A stretch of 64,000 bases of DNA from Octopus vulgaris (taxonomy: Eukaryota), in the NCBI GenBank assembly GCA_951406725.2, contig OX597832.1, forward strand, positions 54,808,001-54,872,000, given 5' to 3'. The position numbers were made by a program, and so were the translations under genes. Positions within the stretch are counted from its first letter, which is position 1, and the number at the start of each line of letters is the position of its first letter. The notes beneath the pieces are model-generated. The model saw only the letters and a program-made list of their open reading frames with translations. It had not been told where the DNA came from and searched no databases. Shown piece after piece: positions 29,434 through 45,417 of this stretch.

Positions 29434-29772
29434 TCTCTCTATATATATACGGCAAAATGTCTGCGTGTGTGTCCTTTATACAAATCCACAATTTTTCAGT
29501 TAGAGGGCTCACATTTTCTATGGTCATTCAAAACCGTCCAAGGGTGGTCGTGCACATCTTTACATTAAAAAATCAATAAAAGTGACTTTTTTGTGAATTT
29601 TCTATCCAAAACCCAATCAAAATGCCCAAAACTTGATACGCCAATTGAATGCCAGCTAGCTGTGTGTGATTGGTCGGAGATTTGCACAGTACTCGCGTGT
29701 ATGTGCGCACGCACGCAGCTGTATATGCATGCACTAGCACTATGACCCGGCAACGCCGGGTCATTGTTCTAG
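29434..29772 (+). mobile_element. Non-autonomous Helitron
   Basis: 5' TC after A; subterminal hairpin TGACCCGGC-AAC-GCCGGGTCA; 3' CTAG followed by T; no TSD. Confidence 0.85.
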
Positions 29773-30396
29773 TCTCTTATGCATCATATTCAGATATTAT
29801 TGTAACGATATCTCGTCATATGTCTATGTGAATCACACGATATTTGATATCATAACTAACGCCTCCATAAATGACGACATTGTCACTTGACGTGCTTTCT
29901 CCCCAAACTGCTATTGAAGCTCAATCAATCATAGGTTGCATTATCGAAGATCGATTGACACCAGGCCTATTAAATTCGAATTGATGCTGCATAGGACTGT
30001 AGCTGTCAATTGGCACAAGCCTTGGTGGAAGCCCACTTTTACCACATTAACTCGCTTCATGTTTATTCGACTTCCTAGAAATAGCAGCCGAATCTTTCCT
30101 CACTCTCAACCTTCCCATCTACACAAGAAAGCACATTGAACATTGTCTTCATACACACACGCACACGCACACACAATACACATGCATACACATACACCAC
30201 ACACTCACGCACACACACACACACACGCATACACACACGCACGCACACATACATACACATACCCACCCATACATACACACACATCACACACTCACTCACA
30301 CACACACATACACGCACGCACACGCATACACACACACACACACACATATATATATGCATATATATATATATATATATATATATGCATATATATATG

Positions 30397-30471
<75 letters not shown>

Positions 30472-31248
30472 TATTATAAAAGGCAGATTTTACCTGCCTC
30501 CCTTTGGGAGTTATACAAATCTACAATATAGGATTTCTTCAATTACAATTTACCTAGCATTTTTGAGAGTACAATGCATCGCGTCATGCCAGGTCCAGTT
30601 TTTAAAATTTAAACTCCAATTAAGCAAAATTTACAGAAAACTCACATTCTGGTGTGTGTGTCAAATGCTTTTCTTAGTCTGGTTTACACCACACGCAAAC
30701 GCACACACACAGTGTGCGACGAATAAAATGAAAGTAAATGTAATATTTGTTTCTGTCTATCACGCTGATAGATACATGAGTAAAATGTATGGGAAGCTAA
30801 CAGATAACAGTGAGTGAAAATGTTCTTGGAAGAGAGTAAATTAGCGACAGAGTGATTTGAGCAAGACTAAACTGAAAGTATGAAACAGTGTTTATGTATA
30901 AACAGACGACACTTATATAAACCCTTTCGTTACCAAACCGCCCGAATTTACCTATTCATATTTAAATGAGAATATCAGAGTAAATCTCTTTAGTACATTC
31001 GTGAAAACACGTATTATACTTCGTAAACACTTCAAATACAGTTTTGTACAAAAATCGAAGTGTAATTTTAATTCCGTGAATTATGGGAGATTTTTTTCCG
31101 AAATTTGTTCCTATTGTGTTTTCAAAATTTGTAATTCTGACAAAAAATGGATACGAATTTCATTATATCAAGCAGCGAGTCAGAATTCGAAGGATTTTCT
31201 ACTGAAGACCTTCATAAATCTAACTCTATGACTGAAAAAAAATAAGCA

Positions 31249-31643
31249 TCTTTATATAAGAGTGAAGTTGTGTGTCTGTCCCCTTCGATTTAGATTTGTA
31301 ACTACTCCCACATTTTGCCGTGCAGTTTAACCAAAAGCGGGTATCTTATAGTCGTGATTCATATCGAGCCCTTCTGGGTATTAGCGCGCGTCTACGATGA
31401 GTCTACGATTTAAAAAAAATTTACCATCATATTTTTCCATTTGAATGCATTTTTTTCGCTTTTATATAAGGGAAGTAACTCTCTAAAAATATCTACGATG
31501 TGTCAACGATTTTAAAAAAAATTTACCTTAATTTTTTTTTCAATTTTTAATGCATTTTTTGCTATTTTTTTGGCTATAACTCTCTAAAAATGCTTATATA
31601 GTTATTTCCCTTACAACCCGAGCAACGCCGGGCGATACTGCTA

Positions 31644-31644
<1 letters not shown>
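31249..31644 (+). mobile_element. Non-autonomous Helitron (second family)
   Basis: 5' A|TCTTTATATAAG; hairpin CCCGAGC-AAC-GCCGGG; 3' CTAG|T. Confidence 0.82.
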
Positions 31645-31692
<48 letters not shown>

Positions 31693-31830
31693 TATATATA
31701 TATATATATATATATATGCAACTATATATGTATATATACGTGTGTGTATATATAATTTCGCTTAGGCATACTAATAACCAGGTTTTGGAATTTAATATAC
31801 ATATGATTCAGAATAAAGCAGTATTTTCTG

Positions 31831-31886
<56 letters not shown>

Positions 31887-31922
31887 GTATATGCGTGTGT
31901 ATGTGCGTATGTATGCATAAGC

Positions 31923-31969
<47 letters not shown>

Positions 31970-32450
31970 AGGTCACGCTGGAACGTCTTTGATCAAACAG
32001 AACTTTGATCGAGGTTGACCTTGGACTAAACAACTTGTTTATTTTATACCATTTTACAAATAATTTAAGGAATGGTTACGTTTAAGAATAAGTTATCTAT
32101 ATTCCAGATAAGACTTTATTCTCTCAGGAATGTCTTTCATGTCCTCTATTCTTTAATTCGAAAATATTTCTATAGAAGTTTAGAAACTGCGTGAGATATA
32201 AAATAAACAGGTTTTAACGGTAGAAGACACGAACCCGAAACCATGTGGTTTGAAAGCAACCATCTTACTACTAAGCCACGCAAGTTGCATTTTTTCCTTT
32301 TTTTTTTTTTTTTTGGCGGCGGGTGGGGGCTCCGTTGTCTATTTTAGTCGCGAAAAGCCTGACCATGAATTAGTTCCAGTTTAGCTGATTACTTGTGGCA
32401 GATCCAACCTGACAATAGCAATAAATAATGACTATTTTATATCCATGTAA

Positions 32451-32595
32451 TATTAGGTTGTCCCAAAAGTTCGTAAACACTTGCGAAAATTGAATTTTTA
32501 CTCGCCAAGTACTAACAAAAACAACAAAAATTATTCCTCAAAATAAAGACCATTATTTTCCAAGACTTTCTACGAACTTTTGGGACAACCTTATA
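32451..32595. mobile_element. Mariner-derived MITE
   Basis: 25-bp termini TATTAGGTTGTCCCAAAAGTTCGTA and TACGAACTTTTGGGACAACCTTATA (1 mismatch). The internal minus strand encodes VLENNGLYFEE*, a transposase C-terminus. Confidence 0.9.
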
Positions 32596-32938
32596 TTTAA
32601 AGCTAAGGCAACGAGCTGGCAGAATCGTTCACACGCCGGGCCAAATGCCCTTCCTCGTGTAATAATAATAATTTCAGTGTATAATAAATTATATTTACAT
32701 ATCTGTATTGATATGCGTGCTATGCATTTATACAATACAACTGTTATATTCACAAACCAATACAAATAAAGAAGGCTAGCTCATCAGATCACCAGAATAT
32801 GATGGTTACAAACACGACTGAACTCTGTTATAGCCACACGATTTTATGAATCCATGTAACACAAGAAATATACATACGTACATACACACACATACATATA
32901 TACATGTGTATGTATGTGTGTATGTGTGTGTGTGTGTG

Positions 32939-33002
<64 letters not shown>

Positions 33003-33031
33003 CAGACAGACAAACTGACAGACAGACAGGC

Positions 33032-33086
<55 letters not shown>

Positions 33087-33139
33087 GCGATAGCTAGATG
33101 GATGGATAGATAGACAGACAGACAGACGGACAGATAGAT

Positions 33140-33188
<49 letters not shown>

Positions 33189-34324
33189 CACAAACACACA
33201 CACACACACACACACGCATATATTTACAGTAACATTATGCAAAAATCTTCACATTGAATGCGCTAATATCCTTGTAAATTCTCTCTGGTGCAGCCACGTC
33301 TAAGCGATGGTTTTTCCAGTTTTAGACATTGCAGTAAATTGGCGCCGAACCGCACCGACCAACTTCGGAAAAATGTTAATAAGTAGGGCGCATAAAACCC
33401 ATTATGATTCGCAGTGATACTGAAGAAGTACTTGGCATTCTGTCTGTTAGAAATTCGTTAGAAGTCAGTGACTTCATAGAAATAAAATTAAGGAAGTCTT
33501 TTAAAATAATGTTTCCAAAGACTAATTTTATACTTCGTTTATAGCAGTCTTGATTGTAGATCATTAAACCAGACTTGAAATATATCGATTGTTTAGCTTT
33601 ACAACTTTCAGCTTTGATCAGTCAGTCATTTTGATCAAAGCTGTTCCAGACATGACCGTCCATCTCATTTATCTCGGTCTGTATCATTCAATATATTTAT
33701 GTTTTTTTTAAATGATATAACCTGATATAAGAAGAATTTCTCCTTTGGGTAAATGTCCGTGGCCTATCTGTTAGCGGTGTTGCAATCGTGTTCACGAGAT
33801 CCTGATTATATTTACATGAGAGGTGGGTTCGAGTACCCCGGTAAGCCTTAGATTTTTTTCTATCCCAAACGGGGGGTTTTAACCCAATATTTACACACTA
33901 TTTTTTAAAGCTTTATTTGCTTCGATATTCATTGTTCCCCAAAAGAATTATTTCACGTTCTCGAAGTTTCTAAATCCTTATGACGTCAATAATACACACA
34001 CACACACACACACACACACATAGTAATAATTATTATAATAATCCATGGATATAGTTTATAAATATTTTCATACATCCCTACGCGCGTTTTCACAATTCAC
34101 ATGTTTCTTACGATCATAGTCCATAGAATACATAAATATGATCCACCCGATGTCCAAAGATACTACGAACTGCACTGATATCAACCCAGGAATACGGATT
34201 ATGATCACAAGAAACGTGATTTGTGGAAACGTGCGTAACAATACACTAAAATATTTATAAATACCATCCGTACAACCCCACAAACCTGCTATTACTACTG
34301 AGTATCATTAGGCAGTAACCGAAA

Positions 34325-34763
34325 TCTCTCTCTATATAAACGGCAGTTTGTCTGTCTGTGTGTCTGTGTGTCTGTCAGGTTGTACCCTCAGCCTGACCAC
34401 GGCTTTCAACCGATTCTGATGAAATTTGACACATACATAGCCCAATGTCATAATTCAAAACTAACGCAGCGAAAATTTTGAAAAGTTCCCCCAGTTCTGA
34501 AAAAAATCGATAAATTCGACATGGGGTCGAGAATCTAAGCTTTTTATATGCAACACATTTTCTGTCTAAGGGACACAACTCGACCTTTTTTCGCCCAAAG
34601 GGACAGCTAGGAACATCGTATACACAGAAGTATTCGAGTGAAGACAAGACATTGCAACCTACACATGCGCCTTCGTTCCCTAGAGAGAAAGGACCCGATT
34701 GGGATTAGCCGTTGCCTACTAGGGGCTCTTACATACCCGGGCAACGCCGGACTATGCTGCTAG
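34325..34763 (+). mobile_element. Non-autonomous Helitron (third family)
   Basis: 5' A|TCTCTCTCTATATAAACGGC; hairpin CCGGGC-AAC-GCCGG; 3' CTAG|T. Confidence 0.82.
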
Positions 34764-34990
34764 TAATAAAATAGATTTTATATGTATAGTCGAAAACGTT
34801 TTCCGTACACGAACTTAAAAGGATGTGTGTATCAATGCTTGTTTTTATATTACAATGACAATTTTACATGAAATTGAAGGATTACTCAATGCATTTGGTA
34901 GAGCACAAATGTATTATTATTTAACAAGAATTGTATTGATAGTGACTTCGAATTTTCGGCCAGCTATGTTTGTATGTGACGTGGTGGTGG

Positions 34991-35055
<65 letters not shown>

Positions 35056-35074
35056 TGTTTTGTACAGAAGTTTA

Positions 35075-35260
35075 AAATAACAAGAAGGGGTGAAGAAAAA
35101 AGCAACAAACAAGATATATTAGTTTAACGCTGAGGAAAATTCGAAGAAGTCTTTAACGTTTCGTGCCTATGCTCTACTTCGGAAAGGAAAGACAAGAAGA
35201 GAAAACAAAAATAGAGACAAATGAACAAGCATGTCTCAATCTAACGGTCACAACGTGCTG
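35075..35260 (-). mobile_element. Degenerate Penelope-like pLTR fragment
   Basis: Homologous to 46728-46890 (CAACAAACA.G.TATATTAGTTT.ACG...AAGTCTTT.ACGTTTCG.GCCTA.GCTCT). Confidence 0.65.
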
Positions 35261-36029
35261 AGGTAACAAGCTACTATATCTAACACGACGATCAACGACG
35301 TCAAGGTTCCCTCGTTGAGTTTACACGTAATAACTGTCAGCAAACACACCTGTCAGCGTGAGAACTTATTATTCCCTGTTTCTGTTACATTTTTTTCTTT
35401 TTTTTTCTTTTTATTAGTGGTTACTTTAGGTATTTATTTTATTATTCTAGTATTTTCCTCTTCCTACCTCCCCTTCTTCCTTTCCTCACGCCACCTTTGT
35501 TTTTTTTTTGTTTTATTTTTTATTTTTGGTTCTATTGTCCGACATTTTTTCGTCGCGGTCGCTTCGTTTGTTGAGGAAGGAAAAATATTATGACATTTCT
35601 GTTTGGCACCACCTGATTATTCCTCAAGTGTCAACCTCCAGCCAAACCAACAGGGAAAGAGAGAGAAACACTCGCTGACGGATGATCGTGTTTGGTTTAT
35701 TTGTCACAACCAGATACAAATATGAAATTTTTTTTTTCTTTAGTAAAGAATTGTATGCAAACAAACGTACATACATATCTATGCACATCACACACACACA
35801 GATAGACACGTACCTACACACTGGCATACATACCTGCATACACACACACACATATATATATATAAACAAATATGCATGTGCGTGTGTATATACGTATTTA
35901 TATATATATATATACAACATATATATTTATGTATGCACGAATATATGCATGTATGTACGTATGTATGTATATAACATATATATATATATATATATATATG
36001 CATACACATACACATACACACACACACAT

Positions 36030-36060
<31 letters not shown>

Positions 36061-36119
36061 CGCACACGCGTTTACATATATGTATGTATACGTATATATG
36101 TATATGTATGTATATATAT

Positions 36120-36176
<57 letters not shown>

Positions 36177-36212
36177 CACACACGTTTACATACATGTATA
36201 CGTATATCCGTG

Positions 36213-36248
<36 letters not shown>

Positions 36249-36278
36249 TTTACATATATGTATGTATACGTATATATG

Positions 36279-36310
<32 letters not shown>

Positions 36311-36350
36311 TATATATATTTATGTATTTCTATATATGTGTGTGTGTAAG

Positions 36351-36392
<42 letters not shown>

Positions 36393-36821
36393 CACACATG
36401 TATGCACGCACATAGATACACACTCGTATGCATGAATGTATGTATGTATGTATCTGCGTGTGTGTGTGTGTGTGGGTGTATGTATGCAAAAAAAAAAACA
36501 ATTTGTGAACAGGACAACACACAGACCACATTCACAGCCATTGTCTGCTGAAGGCTCCGACTGATACGTGCGCTGCAAACGATGGTGATGTATTAGTTGA
36601 CTATTATTATGTCTACTGGTGGCATAGCATATGCCATTTAGACACTAAATCCAACAGAATGAGAAGTTCAAGGTCTATACTTACAAACCAATAAATATAA
36701 AAAAGAAAACACCTTATTATTATATTTCTCTCATCGTATATGCACACCACCAGTTCTTACGCACTTCGAAACCATCCATCTCTCGACCGTCGCAGAAGCA
36801 ATGCTGTATATATATATATAT

Positions 36822-37435
36822 ATTTCTTTATTGCCCACAAGGGACTAAACATAGAGAGGACAAACAAGGACAGACAAACGGATTAAGTCGATGATATCGA
36901 CCCCCCAGTGCGTAACTGGTACTTATTTAATCGACCCCGAAAGGATGAAAGGCAAAGTCGACCTTGGCTGAATTTGAACTCAGAACGTAACGACAGACGA
37001 AATACCGCTAAGTATTTCGTCCGGCGCGCTAACGTTTCAGCCAGCTCGCCGCCACAACGCTGTATATATATTCTTTTCTATCCTAGGCACAAGGCCTGAA
37101 TTTTTTTTTGTGGGTGGGGGAGTCAATTAGATCGACCCCCACTATGCAATTGGTACTTAATTTATTGACCCCCGAAAGGATGAAAGGCAAAGTCGACCTC
37201 GACTAAATTTGAACTCGGAATGTAGCGACCGGCGAAATACCTATTTCTTTACTGCCCACAGAGGGCTACACACAGAGGGGACAAACAAGGATAGACAAAC
37301 GGATTAATTCGATTATATCGACCCCCACCCCAGTGCGTAACTGGTACTTATTCAATCGACCCCGAAAGGATGAAAGGCAAAGTCGACCTCGGCGGGATTT
37401 GAACTCAGAACCTAGCGGCAGACAAAATACAGCTC
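36822..37435 (-). mobile_element. Array of three SINE B copies
   Basis: Copies at about 36822-37053, 37070-37240 and 37241-37435. Confidence 0.9.
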
Positions 37436-37442
37436 GCCGTTT

Positions 37443-37509
<67 letters not shown>

Positions 37510-37525
37510 TAATAATAATAATAAT

Positions 37526-37860
37526 GTCTTGCAAAACAACTTGCACATGCCAGTGCTACCAGTCAAAAACTCCGCATACCGGAAGCCAGCAAGTGTATGG
37601 GGTCATCAGGAGAGAATGCGTGCCGTTTCGGGGCCTACCTCTCGACGGCATCAATGCATATCATTGATATGAGGCCCCGCTTGCTAGATCAACTGGTTAT
37701 CAAATAAAGCTCAATATTCTTCTAGCCATCGCTCATCGTCTCTTTTTAACCAAATCCAGTGGCTAGCCTTCTCCACTGTAGTTTGGATATCGGTCACGGT
37801 GGTATGTACTTTACGATGAGTTAGGCCTAGCGATAACAGCAGTCGTCTCACACTGTTTCC

Positions 37861-37862
<2 letters not shown>
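37526..37862 (-). pseudogene. 3' end of a HERO/NeSL-like REL non-LTR retrotransposon in an (AAT)n tract
   Basis: C-terminus VRRLLLSLGL...TVEKASHWIWLKRDDERW* resembles the AE.AS.WLWLKR end of this clade. It is followed by a structured 3' UTR and flanked by (AAT)n on both sides. Confidence 0.72.
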
Positions 37863-37893
<31 letters not shown>

Positions 37894-38199
37894 GACGGCG
37901 GTATTTCGTCCTCGGTATAAACTGTTCCATTGCATTATCTCTGCTTATAACATAGAATTGAATAGTTGACGTTTTTATATAACTGAGTGCCATACTTAGA
38001 GCTCGAGTGACTTTTGGTGGTTTCGCTATAATCATTCACTTAAATTCATCGATTCCTTCAAGCGGAATTTATTATTCTTTATCATATTTTATTGTACAAA
38101 TATCATTATTATTATTATTACTATTATTTTATTTTCTATGCTAAGAAGATGACGAAATTGTTGTAAAATGCAATTCGCAACAGCGGCCTGTTTTTTTTT

Positions 38200-38370
<171 letters not shown>

Positions 38371-38660
38371 GCGAAAAATGACTTATTTTTTCTTTAGTGA
38401 ATGAATATAGTCACAATGCTGCAACAATGGTACAATGGCACAATCGAGTTTTGTTACTGAGGTAACAAGATTCCGAGTTCAAGCATGGTCTACCTTTTAT
38501 CATCACGATCATCATGATCATCATCATCATCATCATTATTATTATTATCATCATCAACAACATTATCAACATCAGTAACAGTTTATATGCATATACACAC
38601 ATATACATATACATATATATGAATATATAAATATATATATATATTTATATATATATATGT

Positions 38661-38692
<32 letters not shown>

Positions 38693-38723
38693 GTGTGTAT
38701 ATGTATGTATATATATGTATATA

Positions 38724-38776
<53 letters not shown>

Positions 38777-39789
38777 GTATGCGTGTAAATTTATATCTAA
38801 GTAAATATGTATATATATATATGAGTGTGTGTGTATGTATATACGTATGTACACACACACAACACACATAATCTAAATATCTGATAGTGTGAAGAAACGT
38901 CTAAGTTTCTTCTGAATAGAAGACTTGGACAAGCTTTCAATTCACGGTCAGCACGGTTTCATATCACTGACGCAAATGATGGTCTTGAGAAAGCCATAAG
39001 CATCACAACCTCCCCGCTTCACATAAAACAAATCATTACATCAATTTAAACTGCAGAGCAATCCTCAGCTGCACAAAGACATAGAAATTAATTAAATTAG
39101 AACAGTTGGACACAGTACAATTATACCTAAAATCTCCAAGAAGTTAAAGAGACAGACAAAGAACATGCTGCCTTACCGAATTTTCCAAGAAGATATACAT
39201 TGTTACAGACTCTGCCTGTCACTGATTTATTGTTTTTATGGGGTCAGTTTTAATTTATAGACTAGTTTATCAAATCCCTTGTATATCTAAGGCTGAGAGA
39301 ACAGAGGGCAGTATATATCAGGGGTAGGGCTGAGGGAGCAGACAGACATCATAGATGGTATAGTCATAAAAATCAAGATTTATTAGAATATTGATTTCAA
39401 AGTTTGGCACAAGGTCAACAATTTCGACCCCATTGTGTAACTGGTACTTATTTTATCAAACTCCAAAGGATGAACAGCAAAGTCGACCTTGAACTCAGAA
39501 CGTGAGGTAACGATTCCGCCAGTTCGCTGCCTTGATATATTGAAATATTGATTTCTTTTATTAACAGAAACGGATGTCAGTATTTCATAGGCAACAGGTA
39601 CAGGACCCCCAATGCCTTACAGGTACTTCTTTGGTCGATCCTGGAAAGATGAAGGACAATGGGTTGAGGTATGCGGTTTCAATTCAGCACTAAACAAGTA
39701 AACGCTGAAAGGTATTTTTTTTGGCCTGGTGCCGCGCGACGCTCACCTTCGCTGCCGCCAATATAATCACTCCCACCAAGACCACCATC

Positions 39790-40063
39790 CTCACTACTAC
39801 TACTACTACTGAGTTGCTGTTGCTATTACTACTGCTACTATTACTGCTACTACTACTACTACTGCTTCTGCTGCTGCTTCTGCTGCTGCTGTTACTGCTG
39901 TTGCTGTTGCTGTTGCTGCTACTACTACTACTATTACTACTACCCCTGCTGTTGCTACTATTACTAATACTACTGCTGCTATTATTATTACTACTCTCAC
40001 CACTACTACTTCTGCTACTACTGCTGCTGCTGCTGCTGTTACTGCTGTTAGTGCTGTTGCTGT

Positions 40064-40105
<42 letters not shown>

Positions 40106-40120
40106 AGCTGCTGCTGCTTT
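39790..40120. repeat. Compound (CTA/CTG/TTG)n microsatellite
   Basis: Direct inspection. Confidence 0.93.
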
Positions 40121-40979
40121 TGCAGCTAAATGGATATATGTGTGTGTGTACGTGTGTATGTGAGTATGTTTGTGTCTGTGCGTGCCTGTGTGCGCGCATG
40201 CGTATGTGTGCGTATGTGTGTGCGCGCATGCGTATGTGTTTGCGTGTGTGTGTCTGTGCGTACTACGTTTCATACGACGTTAAAGAGAGACATGTCTTTG
40301 GCTAATATATTCTCCAATAGTTCGTCCATAAAATATTCTGCAAGACGAGAAAAGCACTTTGCATGATGTGGTCGGAGGGGGAGGGAGAGGAGGGAGTAAT
40401 GGCGCATAGGACATCAAAAATATATTAGAACGATCTAATACAAATTATTCTACAGGAAACGAAAAAGTAAAAAAAAAAAAGAAAATAATGAAAGAAACAA
40501 TTTCTCCAACGAACGCCCTCTATCGGACAAGAAAAATATTGAAAAGCAGACATGTTGGATAGATTGCAAATTGATGTAAAACGATCCTTGTAATATAATA
40601 TTAGTGTGGAAAAGTAAGATAAACGAGTGTCTAAGATAGAAATCTACCGTTGAAAGTGTTAGACCCTGGGGAAGAAGGAAAAACGAAGAGGGCGAGAGGA
40701 AATTGGGGGGAAACAACGGCGGCGGGAAAGAAATTTTGCGATTATATATGTTAAGAAAGTATATGCTTTTGTTCTTGGCTTTGTTGCTATTGATGTTGTT
40801 GTTGTTGTTGTTCTTGAGTTTGTTGTTGTTGTTGTTGTTGTTGTTGTTATTGTTTTTGTTCGTGGAAGATGGGAGGTCGTAGAAAGAAAGATAAACGGCT
40901 GATGTAATAACAACAAAAAAAAACAGAAAATGACAATAACAACAAGAATAATGATAGTAACAGGAGCAGCAACAATATT

Positions 40980-41673
<694 letters not shown>

Positions 41674-42915
41674 GGATGCTAAATCTTGTCTCAAAGCATG
41701 AAAACAAAAAAACCATCACACTCAGTAACAAAACAGGCAAAGGAATATCTAAGTGAATTCCAAATACAACAAATTTCAGAATGAGACGTACGGGAAACAA
41801 GCACAGAAAAAGTTAAGGGTGTGAAACTCCGTGCTAAAACTGCTGCCTTAAATATTCTTACTGATAAATGGCAAGAAAAACCTCTCAATGGCATATATCC
41901 AAAGAGAGCTAATAGTGCCAATGTTGACAAAGACTTAAAATCAGAAACAGAAAGGTTTATCATAGCAGCCCAAGATCAATGCCTACCTACAAGAAACTAC
42001 CAGGCCAACATATTAAAGAATGGCAGTAGCTCAACATGTCGTGTATGTCAACAACAAAATGAAACCGTTCATCATGTTGTTTCCATGTGTTGTCTTTTTG
42101 TGCTTACAGAGTACCTCAACAGGCATGATAGAGCAGCACAATATATTCACTGGGTAATTCACAAAAACCTGTACCTGACCCATGATAAAAACTGATCTTG
42201 AAATAGAAATCAGCAAAATGTGGAACTTGAAGACTAAAACATTACCTGCTGTTATAGGTGCCTTGGGAATGATGGTAAAAGGAGCTGATTGCTACCTAGC
42301 TCAGATACCAGGAAACCCCAAAATGGCAGAAATTCAAAAGATAGTACACATCGGAATAGGCAATGATCACATTTCACTCCTCTGAAACTTCACCATACAC
42401 ACTGATAGAAAGATAGATGCAAATAGGCCAGACATTATATTGAAAGACTTCAGACAAAAATCATGCCTCTTCATTGATTTGACTGTTCCAATCGATTTAC
42501 ACGTATCTGTCGAGACCTACCAAACACTGAGCAAGTATAAAGATCTTGAAATAGAAATTAGCAAAATGTGGAACCTGAAAACTAATACAATACCTGCTGT
42601 CATAGGTGCCTTGGGAATGATAGCAAAAGGAGCTGATTGCTACCTAGCTCAGATACCAGGAAATCCCAAAATTCAAAAGATAGTACACATCGGAACTTCC
42701 CATATCCGACGTAGAATACTGTCTATGTAATCTCAAATTTTAAAACAAACTCATTATTTTCTTATGTTTTCTTAAACATTCTCTAGAATAATACTACGTA
42801 CAAAACCAAATATATGACACTTCTAACTTGTCTCTTGAGGTTTCTGGGTGAGACTTGGAGTTAACTTGTACAAATACAAAGCAAATCAAACATATGATGA
42901 TGATAATAACAACAA
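41674..42915 (+). pseudogene. 5'-truncated R4/Dong-clade LINE (CCHC zinc knuckle plus REL endonuclease)
   Basis: KWQEKPLNG..ETERFIIAAQDQ..TRNY..CRVC..ETVHHVVSMC..YLNRHD..IHW; TDRKIDANRPDIIL..CLFID..KYKDLEIEISKMW..PAVIGALG. Contains stops and an internal duplication; the 5' flank is (AAT)n. Confidence 0.92.
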
Positions 42916-42933
42916 CAACAATATATATATATG

Positions 42934-43060
<127 letters not shown>

Positions 43061-43319
43061 GTAAAATTCCTGGCGTCGATTTACTTGACTAAAGAGCGGT
43101 GCTCAAGCATGGCTGCGGTCAAATGACTGAAACAAGTAAAAACGTAAAAAAGTATAAATAAATGTAAGGACATGTGTCAGTCCATTACGACCGTTTCTAA
43201 CGATTTTTTAAAATTGATCAACGAATACATTATATCATTATAAAAAAACATTTTTTTTCAGATGAATACGTGAATCTTACAATCAAGGATATTCAAAATA
43301 ATTTTTTTTAAATAATTAA

Positions 43320-43651
43320 GAACCACAGCCACGTATAATTTAGCGCCTTCAGACTATCAACGCTTCGGCCCCATGAAAGAGGGTTTGAGAGGCAAACATT
43401 ATTCTAGTAACGAGGAAGTGAAAACTGTAGTGAAGAAGGGGCTCAAAGAATAGTCAACAGAATTTTACGGGGCAGGGATACATGCTCTCATTCGAAGGTG
43501 GAACATTGCTATTGAGAGAAACGGTGACTATGTTGGGAAGTAGGGATGTTATCCACAGAGGACCAGCTTCATTTTGATACATGATACATGTTCCTGTGTT
43601 GGTAATTATACCTGTCCTAAACAAAATGGCATTACTTCTTGACTCATCCTA

Positions 43652-43653
<2 letters not shown>
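43320..43653 (+). pseudogene. Mariner transposase C-terminal relic with right TIR
   Basis: NLAPSDYQRFGPMKEGLRGKHYSSNEEVKTVVKK..TEFYGAGIHALIRRWNIAIERNGDYVGK*; ends ...TTGACTCATCCTAGTA. Confidence 0.9.
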
Positions 43654-44585
<932 letters not shown>

Positions 44586-44590
<5 letters not shown>

Positions 44591-44701
44591 TGTCACTGTC
44601 ACCGACCAGGCTATCAGATGTTGCTACACATCGCTGGTCACAATGCGCTTCGCATTGTTTTAGCCTTCAAATGATACCACCGCGCTGGCTAAGCGAGCAG
44701 G

Positions 44702-44706
<5 letters not shown>
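44586..44706 (-). mobile_element. Orphan copy of SINE C tail type 4 in (TA)n
   Basis: Reverse complement matches 56537-56650. Confidence 0.88.
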
Positions 44707-44750
<44 letters not shown>

Positions 44751-44999
44751 ATATATCGTTAGATAGATAAAGGTATATATGTATTTATATGCGTGCTTTC
44801 ATACATATACAAACGCATACACACATACACATGTGTGTAGAGAAGTAACGATTATTTATTATATAAAGCAAATAGAAGACGGGTACTGTCAGTGATGGCC
44901 GCGGCGTCGGCGGAGGTACTGGTGGTGGTGGTAGCAGTTGTGGTGGTGTTGGTGGTAATTTTAGTGTTAGTGAAGCTGTTGGCGCTGGTGTTGACGTTG

Positions 45000-45417
<418 letters not shown>

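Noticed and set aside
30918-31247. piggyBac-like end AACCCTTTCGTTACC
   Set aside because: No matching opposite TIR or intact TTAA was found.
37560-37700. Hammerhead in the HERO-like 3' UTR (GAAAC followed by CTGATGA, with hairpins)
   Set aside because: The region is structured, but the helices do not close into a hammerhead core.
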